From contig PLZA01000074.1 in the NCBI GenBank assembly GCA_003153505.1, positions 35,908-99,907 on the forward strand: a stretch of DNA of 64,000 nucleotides, read 5' to 3'. Positions 18,764 through 27,515 of this stretch are shown one piece after another. Positions within the stretch are counted from its first letter, which is position 1. Each line of letters begins with the position of its first letter. The translations under genes and the position numbers were made by a program. This stretch comes from Candidatus Dormiibacterota bacterium. Lineage in GTDB: Bacteria; Chloroflexota; Dormibacteria; Aeolococcales; Aeolococcaceae. A model generated the notes under the pieces. That model was given only the letters and a program-made list of their open reading frames with translations. It was not told where the DNA came from and did no database searches.

Positions 18764-19660
18764 GTGAGGATCGTGATCGACGCCCCCACGAGCGTTCGGC
18801 GGCTTCGCGTGGGCTGTGAATTCCTCCATGACCTCGAATGGCCGGTCACGTTCGTCCTCCAGGCGGAGCCGCGCCGTGACGCGGTGCACGCGGTGAGCAG
18901 CGCCGGCGTCGAAACGTGGCCCCCGGCGGACCTGCACGAGTACACCGATATGTACGGGAACACTTGTCAGCGGTTCGTGCTCGGCCCTGGGAGTGTGCGG
19001 ATCCGCTACGAGGCCGAGGTCGAGGTCGATGCCGGGGCCGACGACGTCGACGAGACCGCTGCTCACGTCGCGGTCGCCGATCTACCCGACTCGACCCTGC
19101 ACTTCACGCTCGCGAGTCGATACTGCGAGTCGGACAGACTTGGCAACACCGCGTGGCGGCTGTTCGGCGGCGTGACGCCGGGTTGGCAGCGAGTGCAGGC
19201 GGTCATCGACTGGGTGCACAACAACGTCACCTTCCGCCACGGGAGCAGCGGAACCTCGACGGGCGCCACCGACATCTACCTGCAGCGCGAGGGGGTCTGC
19301 CGTGACTTTGCCCATCTCGCGGTCGCGTTCCTAAGAGGACTCAACGTTCCCGCCCGGTACTGTTTCGGATACCTGCCCGACATCGACGTTCCGCCGCCGG
19401 ACGAGCCCATGGATTTCGTTGCCTGGCTCGAGGCGTACATCGGTGATCGCTGGTACACGTTCGATCCGCGCAACAACACCAGGCGCACTGGGCGCGTGCT
19501 CATCGGTCGCGGCCGCGACGCCCTCGACATCGCCATGATGACCCACTATGGAGGTGCTCCCCTGCGCTCGATGCGGGTCGTGGCGGAGCCCATCGACGTC
19601 ACGCCGTGGTCGAGCGCCGTCCCGCCCGTCGTCGGCGAGTTCCCGGGCAACCAGCCGTGA
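18764..19660 (+). CDS. Transglutaminase-like family protein (second paralog, variant core)
   Basis: Trimmed to GTG 18764. GVCRDFAHLAVAFLRGLNVPARYCFGY and WYTFDPRN are present, but the HAW position reads FVAW (Val codon at 19418-19420). Confidence 0.8.
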   Translation: MRIVIDAPTSVRRLRVGCEFLHDLEWPVTFVLQAEPRRDAVHAVSSAGVETWPPADLHEYTDMYGNTCQRFVLGPGSVRIRYEAEVEVDAGADDVDETAAHVAVADLPDSTLHFTLASRYCESDRLGNTAWRLFGGVTPGWQRVQAVIDWVHNNVTFRHGSSGTSTGATDIYLQREGVCRDFAHLAVAFLRGLNVPARYCFGYLPDIDVPPPDEPMDFVAWLEAYIGDRWYTFDPRNNTRRTGRVLIGRGRDALDIAMMTHYGGAPLRSMRVVAEPIDVTPWSSAVPPVVGEFPGNQP

Positions 19661-20604
19661 CGTTGCGGCCGGACTCGTCGCAAACCGACACCGGGCGGAG
19701 CTGGTCTCCTGGCCCGCTCCAGGTGGACTGGGATACCGTGCACCGGACCCGCTACCGCATCCACCAACGCATCACGTACCGCTACGACGGACCGGTTCGC
19801 TCGCTGCAGCAACGGCTCGTCGTGCAACCACGGAGCGTCCATGGTGACCAGCGCCGGATCAGCCGTCGCCTGAGCGTCCTCGACGCGAAGCCGCAGCGTG
19901 TCGATGCGAGCGTCGACTGGTTCGGCAACACGGTCGTGACGCTGAACATCCCGCGCGTGGAGCGGGAGGTCACCTTCGTCAGCTCGAGCATCGTCGAGCG
20001 CGACGCGCGCCACGGCCCGCACCTGGTGCCGGCCTCGATGCTCGACGATCGCCGCTTGCTCGAGACCACGCCGCTCACCGGGGCGGATGACGCCATCGAT
20101 CGTCTCGCTGACGAGTTGCGCGCCAGCGGTCTGGCGGGCGCCGCGCTTGCGGCCGCGGCGAACGAGTGCGTCCACAATTCGCTCGCGTACGAGCACGGGG
20201 CAACATCGGTCCGAACCACCGCCGCGGAGGCCCTGGCCCGCGGGGCCGGGGTGTGCCAGGACTACGCGCACGTGCTCCTGGCCTTGACGCGTCGCCTCGG
20301 GCTGGCGTCGCGGTATGTCTCGGGTCAGATGCTTGGGTTTGGCGGCTCGCACGCATGGGTCGAGGTCATCGTGCCGGACCGAGGCGGCGATGCCCGGGTG
20401 CTCTCGCTCGATCCCACCCACGGTCGCGCAACCGGGTACGAGTACGTCACGGTCGCCGTCGGGCGCGATTATGCGGACGTCGCTCCGCTCTCAGGGACCT
20501 ACCGCGCCCCGTTCGCCGGTTCGCTCATCGCGACCAAGCGGGTGTTCGTGACCGTGCTCGGCCCAGGTGATTGCGCCGACGCCGCCCTGCGCGCGATCGC
20601 CTGA
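19657..20604 (+). CDS. Transglutaminase-like family protein with a Bact_transglu_N-type N-domain (third paralog)
   Basis: GTG 19657 overlaps the previous stop (GTGA). Motifs GVCQDYAHVLLALTRRLGLASRYVSG, SHAWVEV, SLDPTHG. Confidence 0.85.
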   Translation: MTLRPDSSQTDTGRSWSPGPLQVDWDTVHRTRYRIHQRITYRYDGPVRSLQQRLVVQPRSVHGDQRRISRRLSVLDAKPQRVDASVDWFGNTVVTLNIPRVEREVTFVSSSIVERDARHGPHLVPASMLDDRRLLETTPLTGADDAIDRLADELRASGLAGAALAAAANECVHNSLAYEHGATSVRTTAAEALARGAGVCQDYAHVLLALTRRLGLASRYVSGQMLGFGGSHAWVEVIVPDRGGDARVLSLDPTHGRATGYEYVTVAVGRDYADVAPLSGTYRAPFAGSLIATKRVFVTVLGPGDCADAALRAIA

Positions 20605-20631
20605 GCCCCGTGCCCCCCAACGCTCCCGGGG

Positions 20632-21009
20632 CTAGTCGCTGACCAGCTCGTAATACGGGTTCAGGATGGCCAGCCGGCGCCGCCAGCGGCCCACCATCCC
20701 CTCGACGAGCACCCTCGCGCCCAATTCGATCCCGGGGATGCGCCGCCGCCCCGGAAAGATGAGTAACAGGCTTCCGGCGTCGTCGCCAATTTCGCATCCG
20801 AGACTCGAGCCCGTTTCGGTGACCTGCACCTGGAGGGCGCGGACCGTACCCGTGGCCCGGATTCGGTTGCGCCACCTCGCTTGATTGATCGGCGCGGTAG
20901 CCCTCGGAGGCTCATCGGACACGCTGCCGCCGGACCGCTGGATGGCGCTCATCGGAATGTCACTCGCACCAGCGTCGATGCGGCGGAATGCTGCATGCAT
21001 GGGTGACAT
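20632..21009 (-). CDS. OB-fold nucleic-acid-binding domain protein
   Basis: 125 aa. The pattern RATGTVRALQVQ...LLLIFPGRRRIPGIELGARVLVEGMVG...LAILNPYYELV is typical of the small actinobacterial OB-fold proteins. Confidence 0.65.
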   Translation of the reverse strand: MSPMHAAFRRIDAGASDIPMSAIQRSGGSVSDEPPRATAPINQARWRNRIRATGTVRALQVQVTETGSSLGCEIGDDAGSLLLIFPGRRRIPGIELGARVLVEGMVGRWRRRLAILNPYYELVSD

Positions 21010-21092
21010 CGTCAGTCACTGTGTCAGAACTCATCTCGGGAAACTTCGTCCGTCGCGCACATATCTGCTCTGGCACCGCTGTGCGTGCGGCA

Positions 21093-22577
21093 TCAACTGG
21101 CGATCGACTCAACGGGGGCGAGCGTGGGTGAGGCCTCTTCGTTGGCCGTGTCGATCCGAGCGACGTCGGCACGGCGCACCGTCGCCGCCAGGATCGCCGC
21201 GCCGCTCAGCATCAGAAAGGCGCCGACGAGAAACGCGACGTGAAAGCCCGAGACCAGCGCGCTGACTCCTTCGGCCGGAGTGGGGGCATGGCCAAGGGCG
21301 GTGATCGTGTTCGCGGTGGTGTTTGCAGCGAGGGTCGACAGCACCGCGAGTCCGATCGCACCACCGAGCTGCTGGGACGTGTTGAGCAGCCCGGAGGCGA
21401 GGCCCGCGTCGTCCGCCGCAACATTGGTGGTCGCGATCAGCGTGATCGGCACGAAGGTGAGGCCCATGCCCACCGCCATGATCATCAGGCCGGGCAGCAG
21501 GTCGCCCAGGTAGGTGCCTGCCACCGGAATCCGGCTCAGAACGATGAGCCCGACCGCTGCGAGCGACATGCCGGTGAGGCCGACGGCACGAACGCCAACT
21601 CGCCGGATCAGCTGCTGGGACAGCCCGGCGCCGACGATGATGCCCAGGGTCACCGGGAGAAAGGCGAGACCCGCGCGGAGGGCGCTGTAACCGAGCACCT
21701 CTTGCACGTAGATCGAGGCGAAGAAGAACAACGCGAACATGCCGCCGGCAACCAGCAGCATCGCCGCATTGGCCCCGGTGATCGAGCGCATCCGGAAGAT
21801 GCCGAGCCGGATCAGCGGGTGGCGGAGCCGGTTCTCGATGACGACGAAGCTGGCGATGAGCGCCACAGCGAGGGCCCCGAGGCCGAGGGTCTCAGCCGAT
21901 ATCCACCCTGCGGACTGAGCATTGACGAGTGCGTACACGAGCACCACGAGCCCAGCGGTGATGGACACGGCGCCCGCGAAGTCCACGCCGCCGCCGGCAT
22001 TCTCGACCCGGCTCTCCGGGACGTAGCGCAGCGCGAGGGCGATGGCGATCACGCCCACCGGCACGTTCACGAAGAAGACCCACTGCCACGAGAGCAGGCT
22101 GGTGAGAACGCCGCCGAGCAGCAGCCCGACAGCGCCGCCGCCGACTGCCACGGCGCTCCACACGCCGAGCGCCGTGGTCCGCTCCCGGCCCTCGGCAAAG
22201 GTGGTGGTCAGCACGGACAGCGCAGCAGGCGACACCAAGGCACCGCCGAGGCCCTGCAATGCACGCCCGGCGACGAGGATGCCCGCCGATCCCGCGAGCC
22301 CGTTCATCAACGACGCTGCGGAGAACAGGACGATCCCGATGAGAAACAGGCGGCGGCGCCCGATCAGGTCGGCGGCGCGACCGCCGAGCATCAGAAAGCC
22401 GCCGAACGCCAGCGTGTACGCGTTCACGATCCACTGGAGGCTCGCCGGTGAGAAGTGGAGGCCCCGCTGGATTGACGGGAGGGCGACGTTCACGATGGTC
22501 GCATCGAGGATGACCATGAACTGGGCAAGGCCCACGATGACGAGGACGAGCCAGGGGTTCGAGCGTCTTGGTTGCAT
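21093..22577 (-). CDS. MFS transporter, DHA2 (EmrB/QacA, 14-TMS) family
   Basis: N-terminus LAQFMVILDATIVNVALPSIQ. About 14 hydrophobic segments. Divergent from a TetR gene. Confidence 0.9.
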   Translation of the reverse strand: MQPRRSNPWLVLVIVGLAQFMVILDATIVNVALPSIQRGLHFSPASLQWIVNAYTLAFGGFLMLGGRAADLIGRRRLFLIGIVLFSAASLMNGLAGSAGILVAGRALQGLGGALVSPAALSVLTTTFAEGRERTTALGVWSAVAVGGGAVGLLLGGVLTSLLSWQWVFFVNVPVGVIAIALALRYVPESRVENAGGGVDFAGAVSITAGLVVLVYALVNAQSAGWISAETLGLGALAVALIASFVVIENRLRHPLIRLGIFRMRSITGANAAMLLVAGGMFALFFFASIYVQEVLGYSALRAGLAFLPVTLGIIVGAGLSQQLIRRVGVRAVGLTGMSLAAVGLIVLSRIPVAGTYLGDLLPGLMIMAVGMGLTFVPITLIATTNVAADDAGLASGLLNTSQQLGGAIGLAVLSTLAANTTANTITALGHAPTPAEGVSALVSGFHVAFLVGAFLMLSGAAILAATVRRADVARIDTANEEASPTLAPVESIAS

Positions 22578-22635
22578 GTCTTCGTCCTCTGTTTGGGGTA
22601 GAATCGGAGCGTAGCCTCCGGTTATGAGGTACTAT

Positions 22636-22653
22636 ACGGAACGATGGTTCCGT
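22636..22653. promoter_or_regulatory. Perfect 18-bp palindrome, candidate TetR operator
   Basis: ACGGAAC-GATG-GTTCCGT lies in the MFS/TetR divergent intergenic region and overlaps the first possible TetR ATG (22644). Confidence 0.5.
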
Positions 22654-23345
22654 TTGTCAACGCAGTCAGGATGACAATGAGCACGGGGACGACTGGGAGA
22701 GCGCAGCCCGCGGCCGCGCCGCCGATGGCTGAGCGGCATCTGCGCGTGGACGCGCAACGGAATCGGGTGCGGATCTTGGAGGCTGCCACGGAGTTGATGG
22801 CCACGCACGGCATCGACGTCCCTATCGACGAGATCGCCCAGCGCGCCCAGGTCGGCGTCGGCACCGTCTATCGCAACTTCCCGACCAAGGATGCGCTGTT
22901 CGAGGCACTGCTCATGGCTCGAATCGAGCCACTGGTCACGGCGGCACGATCGGCGGCCCACTCTGATGATCCAGGCGATGCGTTCGTCACCTTCGTCCGC
23001 CGTCTCTGCAACGAGTTCGCCGATTTCAAGGCGCTTGCCGATGCGATGGCTGCATCTGGGGTCGACCTCAGCGTCGCCAAGCACGAGATCTCCGGCGATC
23101 TGATCGCCGCGGTCTCCTCGCTCCTCCTGCGCGCTCAGCAGGCAGGGCGGATCCGGCCGGACGTGACCATCACCGACGTGTCGGCGATGATGGCAGGCCT
23201 CAGCCACACGGATCCGCTCTTCATGGACCCGCCGCAGCGGCAGCGGTGCGTGGCTCTGGTCTGCGACTCGCTGCTCGTCGGCGCTCGCAGCCTGCTCCCG
23301 CAGGGCGAGATGGCAGCGTCCTCACCGGAACACGGCCGGCGCTAG
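22644..23345 (+). CDS. TetR-family transcriptional regulator
   Basis: HTH RILEAATELMATHGIDVPIDEIAQRAQVGVGTVYRNFPTKDALFEAL. The start may be ATG 22671, because 22644 sits inside the palindrome. Confidence 0.9.
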   Translation: MVPFVNAVRMTMSTGTTGRAQPAAAPPMAERHLRVDAQRNRVRILEAATELMATHGIDVPIDEIAQRAQVGVGTVYRNFPTKDALFEALLMARIEPLVTAARSAAHSDDPGDAFVTFVRRLCNEFADFKALADAMAASGVDLSVAKHEISGDLIAAVSSLLLRAQQAGRIRPDVTITDVSAMMAGLSHTDPLFMDPPQRQRCVALVCDSLLVGARSLLPQGEMAASSPEHGRR

Positions 23346-23354
23346 CGTTCCCGC

Positions 23355-23582
23355 TCAGGAGGGGTTGTCACTCCTTCGGAGTTCCCAGGCAAGACGGTCG
23401 ATGGCGCGATGCTTTCCGATCGGAATCTGCAGGGAGCGATCGCCGTCGGCGGCGCGAACCGTGAGGTCGATGCGCCACGTACCGCGCTCGCCGCGCGAGA
23501 GCAGCGCGCCGTCGATGTGCATGACCGCCTGACCGGTGGGGGTGGCGTCAACCACGGGTCGTGGTGTGCGACGTTTCGCCAT
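23355..23582 (-). CDS. Hypothetical small protein (75 aa)
   Basis: ATG 23582 lies 2 nt after the stop of the upstream glpC-like gene. Coding-like codon bias. No family recognised. Confidence 0.4.
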   Translation of the reverse strand: MAKRRTPRPVVDATPTGQAVMHIDGALLSRGERGTWRIDLTVRAADGDRSLQIPIGKHRAIDRLAWELRRSDNPS

Positions 23583-23584
23583 GA

Positions 23585-24421
23585 TTACGCGTCCACGCCT
23601 GCGAGCTGCGCGACCGCTGCCGCCGGCGCGCCAGGATTCCGGCGATCGAGTCCGTAGGCCCGGTAGAGGAGCTCGACAGGATGGACCGCCGCGACGCCGG
23701 TCCCGTGGACGATCTGCCAGCGGCACGTCTCACTGTCGCAGGCTGCGAGGTTGGAGCCGCTCGCGGAGATGTCATCGAAGAGGCGCTTGCCGACAGCCAT
23801 GGAGATCTCGTACTTCTCCTTCTTGAGCCCGTACGTTCCGGCGATCCCGCAACAGTCGGCATCGAGCTCGATCATGTGAAGATCCGGAACAAGCGCGAGC
23901 AGATCGAGTGCCGGCTTGCCGATCCCGTGGCCGCGTTGCTGGCACGGAGCGTGGTAGGGAACCGTCAACGGCAACGAGCTGAAGTCGGTGCGCAGCGCTC
24001 CGCGCTCATGCAGTTGGAGGAGAAACTCACAGAGGTCGTACATCGACCTGCTGACGATCTTGAGATCCTCATCCTGTATCCCGAGGATCTCGTGCGCTTC
24101 GCGTTTCAGCATCAGACCGCAGCTTGTGGAATTGGAGACAATCGGCAGTCCGGCGCGTGCATGGGGTACGAGACGGTCGACCAGGCGCCTGACGTAGGTG
24201 CGCGCCGCAGGGAAATTCCCGTTGGACTGCAGGGGCAGTCCGCAGCAGTCCTGCTGGGGCACGATCACCCTGAAGCCGTTGTGCTCGAGCACTGCCACCA
24301 CCATCTCTCCGAGCACCGGCTCGTAGTAGTTGGTGCGCCACCTCCTTGGCGATCTTCTACCCCTGATTTGGTGTGCGGACAGTACCCTCGTCCGTAGGGC
24401 ATTGTCAATCACCTTTGGCAA
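23585..24421 (-). pseudogene. GlpC-like (Fe-S)-binding CCG-domain protein, N-terminally truncated/disrupted
   Basis: Two CCG cysteine-rich domains are present (QQDCCGLPLQSNGN; YHAPC...DADCCGIAGTYG...ACDSETC). The first Cys of domain 1 and the whole 4Fe-4S ferredoxin N-domain are missing. The motif KEVAH / NYYEPVLG is split between two frames near 24320-24345. Only about 25 nt remain before the divergent IclR gene. Confidence 0.5.
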
Positions 24422-24438
24422 TGGCCCTTTTGCCCTAC
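24394..24438. promoter_or_regulatory. Inverted repeat in the glpC-remnant/IclR divergent region (candidate operator)
   Basis: GTAGGGCA (24394-24401) and TGCCCTAC (24431-24438) are perfect reverse complements separated by 29 nt. The nested ATTGTCAAT and GGGCATTG...CAATGGCCC are imperfect palindromes. Confidence 0.35.
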
Positions 24439-24445
24439 TAAGGAA

Positions 24446-25228
24446 TTGATAGGCTTAGCACCCGTGCCCAAACCGATCCAATCCATCGAACGAGCGTCGG
24501 CCGTCCTCCGCCTGCTGTCCGGGCGCACCCGACGGCTGAGCCTCGCCGAGGTGGCAGGGGAGCTGGGCCTCCCCAAGGGCACTGTCTACGGGATCATGCG
24601 GACGCTCCTCTCGGTCGGCTTCGTCGAGCAGGACCCTGAGTCCGGCAAGTACCGGATCGGCGCGGCGCTGCTCCACCTGGGGAGCAGTTACCTCGATGGC
24701 AACGAGTTGCGTACGCGAGCCCTCAACTGGGCGGACTGGCTTGCGGCGCGCACCAACGAGAGCGTGCGCCTCGGCACGTTGCATGACGGTCATGTGCTTC
24801 TCGTGCATCACGTCTTCCGGCCCGACAACAGCCCGCAGGTCCTCGAGGTGGGCGCGCTGCTGCCGGTGCACGCGACGGCGATGGGCAAGGTCCTCCTCGC
24901 ATACCACCCGTACCTGGCGGAAGACTTCGGCAACGGCACGCTCCAACGCTTCACCAGCTGCACGATCACCGACCCGAAGTTGCTTGCCATCGAGCTCGAT
25001 CATGTGCAGGAGCAGGGGTGGGCGTCGTCTCTGGAAGAACTGATCGAGGGCGAGACATCATTCGCGGCCCCGATACGTGACCGCCAGGGCGTTGCGGTCG
25101 GCGCCATCGCCATCTCGGGGCCGACGGAACGGCTCTGCGATGACGCTCAGCCGCGTCCGGAGCTGGTGTCCTACGTCAGGGAGGGAGCGCGAACGATTTC
25201 ACGAGACCTCGGAGCCGTTCCATGGTGA
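24446..25228 (+). CDS. IclR-family transcriptional regulator (GylR-like, upstream of glpK)
   Basis: wHTH IQSIERASAVLRLL...LSLAEVAGELGLPKGTVYGIMRTLLSVGFVEQD plus an IclR effector domain. TTG start per the track. Confidence 0.9.
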   Translation: MIGLAPVPKPIQSIERASAVLRLLSGRTRRLSLAEVAGELGLPKGTVYGIMRTLLSVGFVEQDPESGKYRIGAALLHLGSSYLDGNELRTRALNWADWLAARTNESVRLGTLHDGHVLLVHHVFRPDNSPQVLEVGALLPVHATAMGKVLLAYHPYLAEDFGNGTLQRFTSCTITDPKLLAIELDHVQEQGWASSLEELIEGETSFAAPIRDRQGVAVGAIAISGPTERLCDDAQPRPELVSYVREGARTISRDLGAVPW

Positions 25229-25263
25229 TTCACGCACTGTCAGCCGGCAGGAGGAAGACGCCC

Positions 25264-25292
25264 TTGACACGCAATCTGCTGCAACTCATACT
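25264..25292 (+). promoter_or_regulatory. Sigma70-like promoter candidate for glpK
   Basis: TTGACA (25264-25269), a 17-nt spacer, then CATACT (25287-25292). A tandem repeat TGGCTGCA x2 follows at 25347-25362. Confidence 0.4.
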
Positions 25293-25391
25293 CGCGCCGC
25301 CGAGCGAGGGTGACTGCGGATCTCACAGCGCGATGCACAGACATATTGGCTGCATGGCTGCAGCCCGACCATCTGTGTGGAGCCGCGAGCG

Positions 25392-26885
25392 ATGAGGGAC
25401 CGATACGTTGCCGCGATCGACCAGGGAACGTCTTCCTCGCGCTGCCTCGTGTTCGATCAGCAGGGCCGCATCGTGTCGCTCAGCCAGAAGGAGCATGAGC
25501 AGATCTTTCCGCGCCCAGGCTGGGTCGAACACGATCCGCGCGAGATCCTGCGCAACGTCATCGAGGTCGTGCACGGTGCGCTCGACACGGGCGGTCTCGA
25601 CGTGCGCGACCTCGTCGCGGTCGGCATCGCAAACCAGCGCGAGACGACGGTGGTGTGGGATCCGCACACCGGTGAGCCCGTACACAACGCGATCGTGTGG
25701 CAGGACACGCGGACCGACGCCCTGTGTCGAAAGCTCAGCGCCGAACACGGACAGGATCGCTTTCGCGACCGCTGCGGGCTCCCACTGGCGACCTACTTCT
25801 CCGGGCCGAAGGTGAGTTGGCTGCTCGACAGCGCTCCCGGATTGCGCCGCCGGGCCGAGCAGGGTGACCTGCTCTTCGGAACCATGGACAGCTGGCTCGT
25901 GTGGAACCTCACTGGGCGCCATATCACTGACGTCACCAATGCGAGCCGGACGATGCTCATGAACCTGGAGACCCTTGACTGGGATGACACGCTGCTCGAC
26001 GCCATCGGAGTCCCGCGGGCGATGCTGCCGGCGATCCAGCCGTCGTCGAAGATCTACGGGGAGGCCGGGGACTCCCTGGGCGGAGTTCCAATCGCCGCAG
26101 CCCTCGGCGATCAGCAAGCAGCGCTCTTCGGGCAGACCTGCTTCTCCGCCGGCGAAGCCAAGTGCACGTACGGGACCGGCAGCTTCCTGCTGCTCAACAC
26201 CGGCAACCGGCGGGTGCTGTCAGGACATGGGTTGCTGACCACGGTGGGGTCGAAGATCGGGGACAAGCCCGCGACCTACGCGCTCGAGGGCTCGATCGCG
26301 GTCACCGGGGCGCTGGTCCAGTGGTTCCGCGACAAGGTGGGGCTCATCGGCAGTGCGCCCGAGGTCGAAACCCTCGCACGGACCGTCGACGACAACGGCG
26401 GCATCTACTTCGTCCCCGCGTTCTCGGGCCTGTTCGCGCCGCACTGGCGTGGCGATGCACGCGGCGTGATTGCCGGCCTCACTGGCTATGTCACCAAGGG
26501 TCACCTGGCTCGCGCTGTGCTCGAAGCCACTGCATGGCAGACTCGCGAAGTCGTCGACGCGATGAACGCCGATTCGGGCATCGAAATGAGCTCTCTCAAA
26601 GCCGACGGGGGGATGACCGCCAACAACCTCTTGATGCAGTTCATCGCCGACGTGCTCGGGGTGCCGGTGGTACGCCCGAACGTGGCGGAGACCGTCTCGC
26701 TCGGAGCGGCTTATGCGGCCGGTCTTGCGGTCGGATTCTGGCCGAACGTCGAGAGCCTGAGGGCGAACTGGCACAAGGCCGCCGAGTGGATTCCCAAGAT
26801 GGGCGAGGCCGAGCGCGAACGCGGCTATCGCAAGTGGAAGAAAGCAGTCCAGCGCACGCTGGACTGGGTGGATGACGACGACTGA
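25392..26885 (+). CDS. glpK: Glycerol kinase
   Basis: [34 protein letters not shown] and full-length FGGY-kinase similarity. ATG 25392; an alternative GTG lies at 25377. Confidence 0.95.
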   Translation: MRDRYVAAIDQGTSSSRCLVFDQQGRIVSLSQKEHEQIFPRPGWVEHDPREILRNVIEVVHGALDTGGLDVRDLVAVGIANQRETTVVWDPHTGEPVHNAIVWQDTRTDALCRKLSAEHGQDRFRDRCGLPLATYFSGPKVSWLLDSAPGLRRRAEQGDLLFGTMDSWLVWNLTGRHITDVTNASRTMLMNLETLDWDDTLLDAIGVPRAMLPAIQPSSKIYGEAGDSLGGVPIAAALGDQQAALFGQTCFSAGEAKCTYGTGSFLLLNTGNRRVLSGHGLLTTVGSKIGDKPATYALEGSIAVTGALVQWFRDKVGLIGSAPEVETLARTVDDNGGIYFVPAFSGLFAPHWRGDARGVIAGLTGYVTKGHLARAVLEATAWQTREVVDAMNADSGIEMSSLKADGGMTANNLLMQFIADVLGVPVVRPNVAETVSLGAAYAAGLAVGFWPNVESLRANWHKAAEWIPKMGEAERERGYRKWKKAVQRTLDWVDDDD

Positions 26886-26903
26886 CGGACGCAGCGCTTC
26901 GCG

Positions 26904-27458
26904 CTAGCTGATGAAACGGCGGTAGCGCCAGAGGTAGTCGAGGCCGCTCGTGACCGTGGCGATCACCGCGATCCAGATGAATACCACCGCTGGAAGCTCC
27001 AGCCACGGATACGGCTGGGCCAGGATGATCAGCAGGATCATGCAGTTCTGGCTGAAGGCTTTCGACTTGCCCAGCTGCGTGGAGCTCACCACCACGCCCT
27101 GACCGGCCGCAACGGAGCGCAGGCCGGTGATGAGGAACTCGCGCGCGGCAACGACCACGACGACCCATGAGGGGAGGAGTGACTGCGTCGCGAGGATCAC
27201 CAGCACGGTGATGACCAGCAGCTTGTCCGCGAGCGGGTCGAGGAACTTGCCGAGCTCGGTCACCAGGTTGCGGCTTCGAGCGATCCGGCCGTCGAGCGTG
27301 TCGGTGGCCGCGGCGGTCACGTAGGCAACGGCACCGATCTGGTAGTGGTCGGTGAAATCGATCGCAAGAACCGCTCCGATGACGGGCACCAGGAGGATGC
27401 GCAGGATCGTCAACTGGTTCGGGATCGTCAGGTGGCGAGTCACCGCGTCAGTGTGCAT
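26904..27458 (-). CDS. pgsA: CDP-diacylglycerol--glycerol-3-phosphate 3-phosphatidyltransferase (CDP-alcohol phosphatidyltransferase family)
   Basis: Motif DTLDGRIARSRNLVTELGKFLDPLADKL. Multiple TM segments. 184 aa. Confidence 0.85.
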   Translation of the reverse strand: MHTDAVTRHLTIPNQLTILRILLVPVIGAVLAIDFTDHYQIGAVAYVTAAATDTLDGRIARSRNLVTELGKFLDPLADKLLVITVLVILATQSLLPSWVVVVVAAREFLITGLRSVAAGQGVVVSSTQLGKSKAFSQNCMILLIILAQPYPWLELPAVVFIWIAVIATVTSGLDYLWRYRRFIS

Positions 27459-27515
27459 GCCGTCACCTCCAACGGGTCAGCGGCGTGACTTCCGGATTGC
27501 ATCTAGAATCGCGAG

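Noticed and set aside
25264-25395. 43-codon ORF from TTG 25264 ending ATGA on the glpK start
   Set aside because: The TTG coincides with the best -35 hexamer, and third-position G+C is clearly lower than in the neighbouring genes. It is reported only as part of the leader description.
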